A DNA stretch of 64,000 bases from the human T2T-CHM13v2.0 reference genome, Homo sapiens, in the NCBI RefSeq assembly GCF_009914755.1, contig NC_060938.1, one strand, 5' to 3'. Below, piece by piece: positions 40,805 through 54,699 of the stretch. Position 1 is the stretch's first letter; the number at the start of each line of letters is the position of its first letter. The notes under the pieces are model-generated. The model ran no database searches and was not told where the DNA came from. It was given only the letters and a program-made list of their open reading frames with translations. The translations under genes and the position numbers were made by a program.

Positions 40805-41895
40805 GAATCCTGAGTGCTCTTTTCTCTGTTGATATTCCACCACTACTTTTATGAATTTATGTACCTGTCTATGCAGATGGCTTCAGCTGGATTTCTCAAT
40901 CCGAGACTTCTGTTTTGGTCTCTGGACCTACACACCTAACTTCATACCTATGTCTCTTGAAAACATTGTATGCGTCTAGAATATAGTATGTCTAAAACTG
41001 AGCTTTGAGTTTGTTTTCCTCAGTTCTCTCTTATCTCCAGTGTTCTTCCTATTCATAAAAGAAAATTTCATCTACCAAGGTGCTTGTGACAAAACTCCAG
41101 GAGTCGCCCCATGAATCTCACTCTTCTTAAGCTTCTATATTCAATTCACCATATCATATGGATTCCACTTCTAAGTAGCAGGCAAATTCATTCATTTTTT
41201 TAAATTTTTTCTATCTCTAGGTTTCTCTGCCTGCCACAGTGTCTCTTCCAGTCAGTTTGTAACTACCCAAGGAGTTACCTTGTTTTCGCTCCCCCTGCCC
41301 TAGGCCAATTTCTACATGGCAGTCAGAGTGACCCTTTGTAAAATGCAGATGAGATGAAATCACCCCCTCCTGCTTAAAAAATGTTGAAATAGCTCTCCTG
41401 GTTAGGAACAAATTAAAGCCCTTCTAGGTATTTCCGGTCTGGTTCTGCCTACCTCTTCGTTGTTGACTTCCTCTATTTTCTCCCTTGAATCCAAATTTAA
41501 CTCCATCAACATCACTCTCAAAGCTTAGAATGCTGTATATTATTTCCTGCCTCAAGACCTTCCTATATGCCTTTTTTGCGTGGAATGTCCCTTCACAAAC
41601 CTTCCCCTAGTGAACCTTGACTCATCTTCCAGTCCTTCATATCTCCCGTTATACCACATTTGTCTCTATCTAGCGTTATCACAGCTCAGAATTACATTCT
41701 GCATTTATGGGATCACTGATGCCTCTCACCACCCACATTCCCCTTTTTGTGCTAACCCCCTTCACTCACCAGCACAACATGGTCAATTCCATGAACAAAA
41801 CATAGGCTGCCTCTTTTTCCTTCACCATGGTACGCCAGGTGTTTGGCATAATATCTAGCAGGTAATAAACATTCAATATGGTCTTTGAATAAGTG
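40805..41895 (+). mobile_element. L2a long fragment (RT motif to 3' terminus)
   Basis: TATGCAGATGGC (YADD-derived), ATGTCTAAAACTGAGCT, TCTACATGGCAGTCAGAGTGACCCTTT, CTCCTGCTTAAAA, ATTCAATATG...TGAATAAGTG. Confidence 0.82.
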
Positions 41896-43537
41896 GTTAA
41901 AGACATCTGGGGAGAAAGAAATGTTTAGTGAAAAACTAGTATTTTATATCAAAAATTTTTGGAAAATATTACAATAAAAATGACTTTTCCCTGTAATGTA
42001 CTACATTTGCATATATATATTCCATTTGTATGACACCTTTTATCCTAACAGATAAGAAATTGTGATGTGGGAAGATTCTTACTTGTCTGAGGTGGCAGAA
42101 AACTTTAAAATAAAGAACATCAACAAAATTACTACCCACAGTTGTAACCATCAGTCACAAACAAAGCAGAAATCAACCTGATAATGGTGAATATTTATTT
42201 CTAATGATAAAGCTCTAGTAAAGATATGGTCAGGTATATTAGCAGAATATAACTGAATTCTGAGGCGAGAAGGTGATGAATGGCGTATTTTCACCTGCTC
42301 TGTCATTCAGGTAGTCTCAGTCTCACCAACGTGTGGCCAAATATGAAGTCCTTTATTTTGCCACAAAATGATAAAGAAACATTTTTAAATTCTGTCATTT
42401 TAATATAAACTTTAGCAACTTAAGTAAAACCTTAAATGCATCTCAATACATATACATATTTTTTTTCCTGTTGGTCTTAAAGTTATATGTTAAGCAAAAA
42501 TATTCTTTACATATATTTCTCATATTTCTTGTTCATGTAAATCAGATAAGATGGAATTTGACTAACATTTACCTCAATGCCAAAAGGAATGAATCCAAAG
42601 TTTTTGAATAAATGTTATCAGAACTCAGATTCTATTCAGAGAGAGAAAAATAGGCTTGTTGGCTTAATTATAGAATAATCACTTGCTGATATTTAAGTCC
42701 ATCTTTAACAATTTGGTTGAAAGCACAGTTTTAAAACATATATATTATATTCTGCCTACATCTTAAGATTGGAATGAGTAAAATACTACAGCAGATATAC
42801 ATATTTCCAAACCAGGAGTTGTTTGCTCTTTGCTGTGTTTATAAATGCTTTGTTGGCAAATATTGAACTTATCATAAATATTTCTGAATAATACAGTGGC
42901 AAGATTGTATTTGAGCTATTTATGTTAAAGTTTGCATTTTTTTCTCTGCATCTATTACAACCAGAAAGCCAACTTTTTACTACTCCCTTGCCTCAGAATG
43001 TTCTGTAAGAAAAGCAGAAGAAACTACGTATGACAATTTTTCTCCACATCCCCCTGTAAATACATAAACACGTTGAAGAGACTAAGCTGGTGTCTCAGAA
43101 TGGGAGGTAATAGAAAAAAAATGCTTTCAGAAATAGTGAGAAAATTTTAAAGAGAGAAAGAGATATCTTCCTGGTGTAAGCAGAGTATAAGATGACTGGT
43201 GGCTGGCAGCTGGGGAGATACACTCCAAGGATGTAAGATTTCTGATCACAAGGAACTTTCCACAGGCTCAGTGAAGAATGAGGCTATAGAAGAATGTACA
43301 CTGCTAAGTGTAGGTAGGGAGGTTATCCCCAGAGCTGGAGCTTCCAACTTTATAAAAAATCCCCACAGTCCAAGAATGGCCCAAAGCTGCCAAACTGATG
43401 AACATGAGGAAAAATATGGAAGACTTCCAGGGAAGGCACTGCTTTAGATTATGAAATTCAAAGTAAAGATAACCAAAAAATGGTTATACTTAAATTAACA
43501 TGTAATAGTTAAATTTCTAAGAAAACTTAATGCCACA

Positions 43538-43897
43538 TGTTATAGACTGAATATTTGTGTCCTCCCAAAATCCATATGCTGAAACCTCCTCCCCAGTGTG
43601 ATGGTATGTCAGGATGGGGTCTGTGGGAAATGAGCAGGTTCAGAGAACGGAGCTCACATAAATAGAATTAGTGTCTGTATAAAAGTGGCCCCCCAAATCT
43701 CCTTTGTCCCCTCCATCATGTGAAGACACAATGAGAATAGGGCCTTCTATGTACCAAAAAGTAAGCCCTCACCAGACACTGAACATACCAGGGCCTTGAT
43801 CTTGGACTTCTCAGCCTCCAGAGCTGTGAGACATAAACTGTTGTTCACAAGCCACCCAGTGTATGCTGTTTTTGTTATAGGAGCCCAAATAAAGACA
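43538..43897 (+). mobile_element. MLT1A/MLT1A0 solo LTR
   Basis: TGTTATAGACTGAATATTTGTGTCCTCCCAAAATCCATATG...CCTTGATCTTGGACTTCTCAGCCTCCAGA...AAGACA; TSD CCACA/CTACA. Confidence 0.9.
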
Positions 43898-44616
43898 CTA
43901 CAGATATTGAGTATCTAACCTCAATGAAGTACTAGTTTGATATCATTTTGAACATTATGCACAAGTAATACTGTATTGGAATAGAGGATTCACATAGATG
44001 TTTAATAAGACAAGAAGCAAAAATGCTGGTAAGAAGACAAGACTAGAATTATGCATCTGCAGGATAGCTAACCTGGATAATTGATTTTTACTTACTTTAT
44101 TAATAAAAGTAAATAGAGTCACCTGACCTTGAATCCATGTAGCCTATAGATAGAGGACATTGCAAAATTATTAGTGAAAATTAAAATTTAATTGGCAAAT
44201 GTGACCCAAATATGATCTGGATCTCTATTTTCCCTATGTGTTGTTTTTTTAAAAAGAATTCTGGATTCTAAATGAATTGATTGATGTATCCCTTGAGCAT
44301 TTCTGCACACTTTGATTTTTTAAAGATGTTTCTCCTACAGATCTTATTTGTGGACAAGAAACACAGGCACTCAATCAACATATATTTAAAGAATAAGTAA
44401 ATCATGCTGATAAATTATCATTGTAAAATATTCAAACACCTTCTAAATACTTAGGGGAAAATATCAAAGCTTCCCTTCATTTCTCCTAGAGGAAAGCACA
44501 GTCAAATTAGTGTTCATGTTTCTAGTCTCATCCATGCTTTTGCAGAAATATGTACACACTCTCGTGTACGTATTTTTATTTAAATGAGTCGTGCTATGTA
44601 TTTTTTTCTGTAATGC

Positions 44617-45020
44617 TGTTGTAGGTTGAATTTTGTCCCCAAAAGATATATTGAAATCCTTTGGAAATAGAGTCTTTGCAGATGTAATCAAATTAAAATG
44701 AGCACATTAGGGTGGGCCTTCCTCCAAAAAGACTGGTGAAGAGACACAGGCACAGAAGTGCACAGGGGAATGTCATGTGATGATAGACGCAGAGATTGGA
44801 GTAGCAAATCTCCAAACCAGGGAATGCCAAGGATTGCTGGAACTACCAGAAGCTAAGAAGAGGCAAGGAGGAATCCTCTGTAGAGTCTTTGGAGGGGGCA
44901 TGCCCTGCCCATCTGCTGATTTTGACTTCTGGCTTTCAGAACTGTGAGACAATAAATATCTATTGCTGTAGGACACTTAGTTGTGGTCATGTGTTACTGC
45001 AGTGCTAGGAAACTTGATTT
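44617..45020 (+). mobile_element. MLT1B/C solo LTR
   Basis: TGTTGTAGGTTGAATTTTGTCCCCAAAAGATAT...GTCTTTGCAGATGTAATCAA...ACCAGAAGCTAAGAAGAGGCAAGG...CAGAACTGTGAGACAATAAAT. Confidence 0.9.
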
Positions 45021-45153
45021 TTCACTAATAATACATTTTGACTATTATTTCTAGTTTCCATGAGAATGTATACAGATCTTATCTATTTTTTTGTACAATT
45101 ACACTTCCAGAAACACATGTTTAACACTGTTTTTTGTTCAAAGCTAGTGAATG

Positions 45154-45321
45154 ACAACACACACTGGGCCCTGTTGGTGGGTGAGGAGTGAGGGGAGGGA
45201 ACTTGGAAGACTGGTCAATAGGTGCAGCAAACCACCATGGCACACGTATACCTATGTAACAAACCTGCACGTTCTGCACATATATCCACTTTTTTTTTTT
45301 TTTTTAGAAGTAATGAAAAAA
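45154..45321 (+). mobile_element. 5'-truncated L1PA (PA8-like) 3' end insertion
   Basis: CAATAGGTGCAGCAAACCACCATGGCACACGTATACCTATGTAACAAACCTGCACGTTCTGCAC; perfect 14-bp TSD AAAGCTAGTGAATG at 45140-45153 and 45322-45335. Confidence 0.95.
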
Positions 45322-46026
45322 AAAGCTAGTGAATGGAAAGCAGTTTTTAAGGGTTTTTTGTGAACATATTTCATGGTTTAAAGAAAGCATGCTTTGCCAA
45401 TGGGGAATGTAGTTTAACATCAAACATTGCAAGTATGCATCAAAATTCCTAAGTCCCAAAAATGTGAACACAGCCAAATATGTGCTCCCAGATATTCATT
45501 TCAATAATGTAAACTTATTATATCTGAAATTTGAAACATTGCATTGGATCAGCCTATCACTAGTAAATTATTTGTGGACAGTAATAATTCTCTTTCTCTT
45601 GTCTATTTCTTGTTATTTTAATTTTTTGTTGAAGTATAATACAAAGGTCATAAGGCTACCACTGAATGGATTTCCATGAACTGAGCACAGCCATAGCCAT
45701 ATAGAGAGAACATAGATCAAAAAGGGAAATGTTACCAGCCTTTATGGGTGGGAAATATTAGGGGAAGAACCATTATTCTCTTCCTCTCTTCTAGTAATTT
45801 CCATCACCAGTCCAAGTTTTATGCTTTTTCTGTTATAACCAAAAATTGTTCAGTAATTAAGTCTCATCTGAACGTCAATGTTTCTAAGTGTATTAAATTC
45901 TAATCTGTTGGCCCTCATGGGCTTGCTCAATTCTCCAGCTCATTCCCTGCCCTTGGCCTCCTGTGCTCTTGCCAAACCAAGGCCACTATAATCCCAGAAT
46001 CCTGCTTTGCTCAATTTTACCCTTAA

Positions 46027-46344
<318 letters not shown>

Positions 46345-46579
46345 TCTTTCTTCCTTAAACATATTTCCCCAACTTCGATTCACCTCATCTTATTCTTTTC
46401 TTATTGCCTCACTGATTCCTATAGATACTTAAGCATCTCTCCTTTAGAAGGTTAGCTGTGGTCTCTATTCTTTTCTTAGTGTTATGTCAGCGGTGTACTT
46501 TCTATGTTCTTCCTGAGGACAATTTTCTTTACCAGTGTTGCAGCACTTACACTTTTGGAAAACTGCCTTGCTCCTTCTG

Positions 46580-47100
46580 TTGGATGTTAACTCTCCCAAA
46601 AGCCTACCAGAATAATTTGTTGACCAAGGGAAGCCAGAGTTTTTGACATTTGCAATAAAGGAGAGTTCCACTTTAAGGAGTCTACCTTGTGTCTCAGGAA
46701 TGTAGTTATAGAGTTTTGGAATCTGGGCTCAAGTAGTTTTAGGCGGGTCTTCCAAGAGAGGGAACTGATTTGGATTAGACAAAATTTGTGATCTAATAGT
46801 TTAAAAGTGATGAACACAGAGGTGCCAGGGTCTTGTCATTTGCCTTAATAAGTAAACAGGTATTTGATAAGTTACCTTTTTGCCAAAGTGGGAAACCTAT
46901 TATCCTGAAATGCAGGCTATATGCCCAAAAATGTAATCTCTTGATCAAATAAATTGGGTTTCAGAAATTTCTTGAAGCAAGCAGCGAAGTTATGTATTGC
47001 CTTGCAGTTAGTATTTTATTTCCAGGAAACACATCTTCTGGAAAAATACTAGTCTTGTTGACATAAGTGCTAGTTTTCAGTGCTGACACTCCATAGAGGC
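46580..47100 (-). mobile_element. Probable old ERV LTR fragment (family unresolved)
   Basis: AATTTGTTGACCAAGGGAAGCCAGAGTTTT...GCAATAAAGGAGAG resembles the antisense U5/R of ancient ERV LTRs. Confidence 0.35.
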
Positions 47101-50100
47101 AGATATCTCCGTTCTCACTTTGCCCTTTTCTAACCTCATGGTCAGCTCCTTGAGGGCAGGCACTGTATGATGTTCACTGTGGCACATTTGTTTAAACTCC
47201 TTGTTCATGAGTAAATTGATAAATATTACAAACATTAACACTCTGAGAGGTAGGGTGTGAAGTGAGCAGAGCCTCCTTTGAGGAACAAATTAACCTGGGA
47301 ACATTTATTGAGAACCACTGTCGATATCTGATTCATCCCTCATGTGTGTTGAATTGGGAAAAAATGGAGTTCATGTGACTATTAAAAAAGCCGAGGAAAA
47401 GGCTGAGAATAAGAGTCAATGCTTATAGAGAGGGTCGACTGAAAGAAAGTGCCTCAGACATCAGAGATCAAGAGTGACCATGACAAGTTGACAAAGCCAA
47501 CCAAATCTAGGGAATGTGTAGCAACTGAAGGTGATCACCTCCCAGCAGACATAAGATCAGGCAACTATTAAAATGTATGACAGCAGCCATCATTCCATGC
47601 AAATGAGTGGACCTAGAAATCCAGGGCAAGTTGGCTTTAATAAAAATGGTCTTTTACTTTTTCTGCTCTAGGTATTGTTCATATTGTAACAAAGCTATGG
47701 CATATTCTTGGGACTTGGCCCTAGAAGGCCACGTGACTACAGCACCATATCAAACACTGGCCTAAAGAATGTCAGGTGTCCTTGCAAAGAAAATTTCTCC
47801 AGTTTGCTCTAAATCCTTCATGATTAAAGCTTTTAACTCAGTTGGCTACATTTCAAATGAGGAGGATTTTTGAGACCCTAATAAAAACCTGGGACATGTA
47901 GGCTGCAGAGGTAATTTATAATTTTAGTTTTTGATTCACAGAGAGGAGAAGAAAATGTCTCAAAAGCCAATGTTTTACAAGGAACTGCACATTTTGTAAC
48001 GTCATTTCCCAAAATAAATATAAGAAACAAAATCTGAGCAGTGAGTGACACTTTAGAGTTGGACATGTATGAAGAAGAACAGAATCTGCAGTTTTATTAA
48101 AAATGCATATTAAACTGGATTAATGTTACAGTCCTCTTGTTTCAGAGAGTATATTGAATGCCAGCTGGGTTCAAAGAAAAAAAAATTACATTTCCTCTCC
48201 CTACCAAGCTCTAATGTTGCATGGTTCACCAGGTGCATGAGGGACCTGATCTGTCCCTGGGGTATGGAGGACAGGCCACAAACAAAAGCTAGACAATCTG
48301 AACTGAGTTCCAGGTTGGCTCAAAATAAGCTCAACTTGCACCACAAACTGGAAGCAAATGTTTGTGAAGGTATGGTTGTGTGTGCTCACAGCTATGTATC
48401 TTTCTCACCATCCTGTTGATTATCCCAGAAAAACAAACAAACAAATGCAGTGAAGCCACAATGCCATATGGAAGTCAATTGAATTCATGCAGCAGACAAA
48501 ATGAAGTCAGATTGTTGCTGCAATTAGATAGTTGTGTCAGGTAAAGAGATTTGTTTAAGCTTTTAAGTCAATTACTTGAATGTGCAGAAATAATTCTATG
48601 CTGAATAGCCCAGCCAAAGTTAAGGCATTTTTATCTTTAATTTAAACTAAAAGTTAAGAAGTCTAAGTGTGACACTTAGATTTGATATTTTGATTTGTAT
48701 AATGAGGCAGGAGCTTTGTTTCATTTCCACGATGTTAAATTTAACTTTATTGAAACCGAAGGGACTAAAATTTTCTGATTCAAGTAAATAAATAACAATC
48801 ATAGAACTAAGATTTTAAAGTTTAAAAACCTGTGAAACAATATCACTTGAACTTCTATAATAGCAGACTTGTCATTTTTCAACCCCTTATTTATGTAAAA
48901 CATTGGTGAAATGGACCCAAGCACATAAAGTATTAGACAATTAGTAAAAATGGTTCAAGTACTGTTTCCTCTGGATAGAATGATTAAAATTGCTTCTCAG
49001 ACTTATAGACTTTCTCTGATTTCTCAGTTTTGAGGTTTCAGGAATCTAATATTCTAATAATAAAAATGTTTCATCTAATAAGACTCCCATAGTGTCCACA
49101 CATTTTGTATTTCGTGAAACTTCTTTCATGTTACGAATACTCCGCAACTTCAGCTAAACAAAATAACCCTGTAGGGAGAAACAATATTTTTTAAATTTCT
49201 CAATTTTTTGGAGTATTTGGGAAGGTAATCAATACTGCCTAATTACATTAGTATCAAACTTTCTAGAACAACTGATATTTTTCAGGATATTTTTATCATT
49301 CTGAGTCTTCTAGTATAAAGGATGTGTTTTCTTATTTCTTTTATCTCTTTCTCTCTCTCCTTTCTCTTTCTCTCACGCCCCCACCCACAATTAGACAACT
49401 TAGTAGCAGTAATAGTGAAGCTATGAAAAGACTTGGTACTGTTGAAAGTCATCAGTTTTTAAAAGTCTATATACACAAACGTAAATCTGACTCCATACTC
49501 TCCCTAAAGGAAGAAACGTTGGCCTAGACCAAATGTTCTCTTTTTAAAATCAAAACTACAGCTCCTATCACTTGGAGGGACCATGATAGAAAGGAGAAAA
49601 CTTCAGAAGTTCTTGTGAAATGACAGATAGTAGATCATTAACTTTAAATTTACCTAACTGAAACTCGAGATAGATGTCACCACATATGTTATCCTAGATA
49701 GCACACTTGCATTTTGTGACCTTTAATGGCAGCAATTAACATATACAGGATTTTTCAAAATGACTTCTGAACCTTTAGTTCCTGTTTAAACTTTTCGGAG
49801 ACAGCCTGCTTTTAGTACAGGTGTCAGACTTCTGGCCCCTCACGTGTTTTTTTGGGGGGTGTTCCAGTTATGGTTAGCACTTGGGGAACCTCTGTGTTAG
49901 ATGATTGATTGATGGCAATAAAGCATCTTGGGTATTACTATGACAAATGACATTATTTTTTCCCTCAAAATTTCCAGTGCTTATTTACAACACTGTCATT
50001 AATTCATGATTTAAGTGAAATGTGGCACTCCACGGAATGCCCCAGGGCAGCCCACCTTTTATCTTTTTATTAGCATATGCCTTCCTTTCTTGTCTCCCAA

Positions 50101-52893
50101 GGTCTTCCAAAAGAGCTGAGTCATAATTTTACATAACACATTCCTCTTAATTAAAAAGTTACCTGATTAGCACATTCCTTAAACTTAAGAGCTATGAACT
50201 ACCTCTTAATCCAAGATGTAGACTATCATAAAATACAGGTTTTGTCATAAACAAAATACATAATTCACACCTACACCCACCCCCACCATTTGGCGCTAAC
50301 TCGGGAGCCAATTCTCCTCTAATGGAAATGTGAAATATTTTACAAACGACATTGCTTTGTCAGCCCCATTCTCATTTTCGCTATGCCAGAAAAATCCTAA
50401 TACATCAATCCTACTCCCTTCAATTTGAAAACAAAACGTGCACTCCCAGCTAAGTGCAAAAGTTTCCGGACCAATCTTTCAGTGCATTTCATTATGAGTG
50501 TGTATAAACCTCTATATTTGACAAAAATTAAAGTTGGACACTCTGATATAAATTATTGCTGAACACAAGGAGGGTTCATAAAAGCTAGAGAATATCATTA
50601 AATTATAAAAGTGATTTTATAAGAGAGATGATTCCTCTGCTTTAGATGCCTTGTATACATCTTCGTAAGCACAAATATGATTTTAACATTTATTTGAGGA
50701 AACATCTATTTTTCCCAGTTCTGATTTTTTTTTTTAAGTTCCTGATAGGTTCATGTTTCTTTTTGTCTTTGTTCTGGCCTTTAGCTCTCTGGAGTCATTA
50801 TTCAAATGATACTTAATAGCCCCAATAAGAAAGCAACATCTTTCAGTAATGCACATGACTGCTTAATGATGGAAGATCATCTCATTCCCTCTCCTTGTGT
50901 TTTATTTTCCTTTAGGGGGCAACAGTTCTAAAAGCTTAACTCTGTCTTAGCTGGTGAAAGTTGAATTGCCCTGCTGAGTGCTGTGGCATTCTTTCTCTCC
51001 TCAGTTGGTCAAAGGAATAAAACTCCTATGCTCTTTTGAAAGTGAGCCATTTGAAGAGTGTTAGTGGTTTTTGTCTAAGATTTTGTTGCTTGGAGAATTG
51101 AGTTAAACACAAGGGGACAGACAGGCTGCTGTTTCCAAAACCTCCTAAAAGACGTAAAATCACACCGAACGATATGTCATTTTACAGATTTCTCTCTTTA
51201 ACACCATTTTCCCAAAGGCGGACCTGCTAGTTAAATTAGGAAAAGGAAGTATGGCCGATCACTTTGAATATAAGAGGAAGAAACCCAGAGAGCACAAGAG
51301 TGCTGAATTCCAGGTTTATTGCCAGAGAATGAGTAATGGGCACACTGCAGGCTTGAGCAGCCTCTGAGTCACCTTTCTATGGATGTCCAATTGCTCTAGC
51401 CCCAAGCGTTGTGTGTTTTACTATTGGCTCCCCTCCTCCCCACCAGGATTTTGGCTTTCCAGTAATTCCCAAGTTCCCCAGTAATATTCTATTCAGTCAT
51501 TATAATCACTCCCCGGCTGCTGAAGCAGGAGTTGACATGCCCATTGAGGCCAGACTGAAAACTCAATCCTGCCCCTTTTCCCCTGGTAGGTAGAGTAGCT
51601 CCAAACCTGAAATCCTCCCAGGAAACAGAGTAGATGAGAAAAAGACACTATGCTTAAAGCTCCGGCCTTCTGTTTTTCATGGGTCTCTAACCAGGCTACA
51701 GACACTCTCCCACACAGAGAGGATCCTTGTTGGTGGCTTACCTCATTGTCTGTAGTGCTGGTACTTGGATCTTTTGGGTGTGTGCTGCTTTTGCCAGGCC
51801 ATTCTGAACAAAAGGCAGCTTTTCCTACGTGGTTGCCTTTTTTTGTCCCAAGTGTGAAACAGACTCAACCACTGAGACTAGGTTTAACTTTACAAAAGCT
51901 ATTATGGAAGTACTTTTGGATAGGATCTTTTCAGATCCCAAAGGCTTAGGGCATCCTCATGTGTTGCTTTACAGCACCAAGTACAGACACCTACCTCCCC
52001 AACCCTAGCTTTCATTGCCAACACCCTAGAGCATGCCTATGTGAAACAGTAATTATGGATATGTGCAGAATTCAGTTTAAATGCCTCAGACGAGGGAAAA
52101 GAGATATTTTTAAAACTTCCCCCACACTCTTCCTGCTCCTACTAAAAAGGAAACAAATGAAGTGCTACAGCTCTGTCTCGGTCATACACAAGTTCTCATC
52201 ACTACACAGCTCCTATTTTCTCAGTCAGAAATAGCTGCTGCAGGTTAATTATGACTCATGAGCAGGAACACTTTTCTCCTCTGCCACTCTGATTGCCTGT
52301 GAAGGAATCTCTGTTTGAATAATATCCCAGGCCTCAATCTACTCCCTCAGCACTCACTCAGTGACTGCCCAAATTGGTGAGTTACGCACACGGGAAGGGA
52401 GAAGGTGTGGCTCAGCCCGTCTTGGATATTTCAGGTGCTGACCCGAAAATTTGCCGAGCCCAGGCCAAAATGAATAGCCAGAGCTCTTGTTTAAAGAAAA
52501 GAAAAACCATATGTGCCAGTAAAGCTACCAAAGTGTGTGTATATATATATATATATATTTTTTTTTTCTTTCTGTTGTGGTATTTCTCCCAATCTATTAT
52601 TGTGTCTTCTATGTGCCATTTAATAGCACATATTTAAGACCTTCAGATTATGAGGTATTCATGGACCAGCACAGGCCCTCAGCAGCTCCCGGTGGCCCAG
52701 TTCTACCTTGTGCCTTCATGAGTCCACACAGCAGCACGTGGTTTGTGAGGTTTCCCTCTCCCCTGCTGCAGGATTGATGCACTCTGCCCTGGAGGGAGGT
52801 AGAGAGAGAGGGCAGCCAGTCACTCCTTTCCATGACTCGCCACCTTCTGTTTTAATTCATGTCAAGGGGTGACCAAGAAATATCTGCAAGCTC

Positions 52894-53259
52894 TGTTAAA
52901 TTAACTTAAATAAGCAAGAGACCATTGCCCTGAGACTATTTCTATACTTTGAGTTCCTATGCAATAAACTGTAACCTAACTCAGGAGGGTATAGTGGACA
53001 GCCAACCTTCAGCAAATCACACAGGCAGACAACTGATCAGATTGCACCCAAATACCCATGCCCAAATGAGGCTAACATCTAGCTGTAACCTTAGCTTTCT
53101 CTACCTTGCTTCCATCTTCAGCCTATAAAAGCTCACTTCTCACACCACTGGGCTGAGGTCTCTGAGCCTCTTCTGGTTCTGAGTGCTGCCTAATTCACAA
53201 ATCATTCATTGCTCAAATAAACTCTGTCAAATGTACTTCGTCTAGTTTTTCTTTTAACA
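52894..53259 (+). mobile_element. MER57-family ERV1 solo LTR
   Basis: TGTTAAA...TTTAACA inverted termini; AACTGTAACCTAACT; TATA box CTATAAAAG near 53123; AATAAA near 53217; CTCTTCTGGTTCTGAGTGCTGCC. Confidence 0.8.
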
Positions 53260-53539
53260 AATCCAACCTCCAAATGTGATTTTCCTTTCTTCTCCTAGCA
53301 CATTTACCAAATAACCAACCCCTATAAGTTGTATATTGAGTATTTTTGGTGTGTTTTTGTTTTCAGTATGCCCTTTTCTTTCTATTCCCTTTATATCATC
53401 TTCATTATATAAGTGTATACTATCCAATTCCTTATTATTAAGAGGTTGAATAGAGAAGGTCATCAAGAGATACAAATTGATCAATCATTTACAAAAAGAC
53501 TTATTCTCAGTGTTGCTATCTGCTTAGAACTAGTGTCTT

Positions 53540-53835
53540 GGTCGAGTGTGGCGGCTCATGCCTGTAATCCCAGCAATGTGGGAGGCCAAGGCAGGTGGGT
53601 CTGCTGAGGTCAGGAGTTTGAGACCAGCCTGGCCAACATGGTTAAACCCCATCTCTACTAAAAATACAAAAATTAGCTGGGTGTGGTGGTGCACGCCTGT
53701 AATCCCAGCTACTCAGCAGGCCGAGGCAAGAGAATCGCTTGAACTGGCAAGGCGGAGGTTGCAGTGAGCCAAGATGGCACCATTGCACTCCACCCGGGGG
53801 AACAAGGGCAAAACTCCCTCTCAAAAAAAGAAAAA
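53540..53835 (+). mobile_element. AluSq/Sp-like full length
   Basis: CACCATTGCACTCC...AACAAGGGCAAAACTCC diagnostics; TSD A(G/A)AACTAGTGT(C/G)TT at 53526 and 53836. Confidence 0.96.
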
Positions 53836-54699
53836 AAAACTAGTGTGTTATGCTATACTTTACATTGTCTCGTTTGAGTAATTAGTTTTTCCATATTTAA
53901 AATAGTTGTGAATATCTGGAGATACTATGCAAATACCATGCAAATTGATTCCAAAATGATGTTGCTTACGTCCCAAAAGAAAAAGGTTTTCATAGAGCAG
54001 ATGAAAGTATTCTTGAAGACTGTTTCTAATATTCTGACACTCACAAAGAGTTGGGCAGGTCATATGTTGCATAATTGTAGGAGTGGTATTCTCTGTGATT
54101 ATCATAGTTATGCATTTATTATGAAAGTTCTCTCTTCAGAAAGGGGTGCTTTCCTTTTTTCTAATTCAATATGAAGTCTCATGTGAATAAGAGGTGAGAT
54201 CACAAATCATACACAAAGCCATTTCAGATGAGAATTGGTCAGGCCTAAGTCATTTTGCTATTTTAGAAGATAAAATTAATGAAGATTATTAAAAATGATG
54301 TGAAAATAATCATTTCAAATAGATGAAAAAAAGAATAAAACCTTAAGGTATACTTGCAAATTTGACCCACTTGAGGATAGTAATATTACAGTCAAATGTA
54401 AATTTCAGGGCTCAAAATATGTGATCACATAATTTTATAGGAAAAATGTATACCACAAGTATTAAGGTTTACAGTTTTGTTAATTATAAGAATTACTACA
54501 TAGCTAAAAAAAAGAATGTAATTTAATATATAATGAAATAAACTTATTTTATATATTTTATTTTTAAGATAGCCACTATAAAATTGTTCCATTAAATATG
54601 GCACTTAATTAACAATTTAAGTGGATTAACTTGAATTAGCCATTTGTTTGAACTAGTTGTCATCAGCTAAGGAGGATTTACTCACTTAATGAGCTCCCT

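Noticed and set aside
48662-48680. Perfect palindrome TCTAAGTGT-G-ACACTTAGA (two inverted NK-type TAAGTG sites)
   Set aside because: A 9-bp-arm inverted repeat is expected roughly once by chance in 64 kb of AT-rich DNA; no supporting context.
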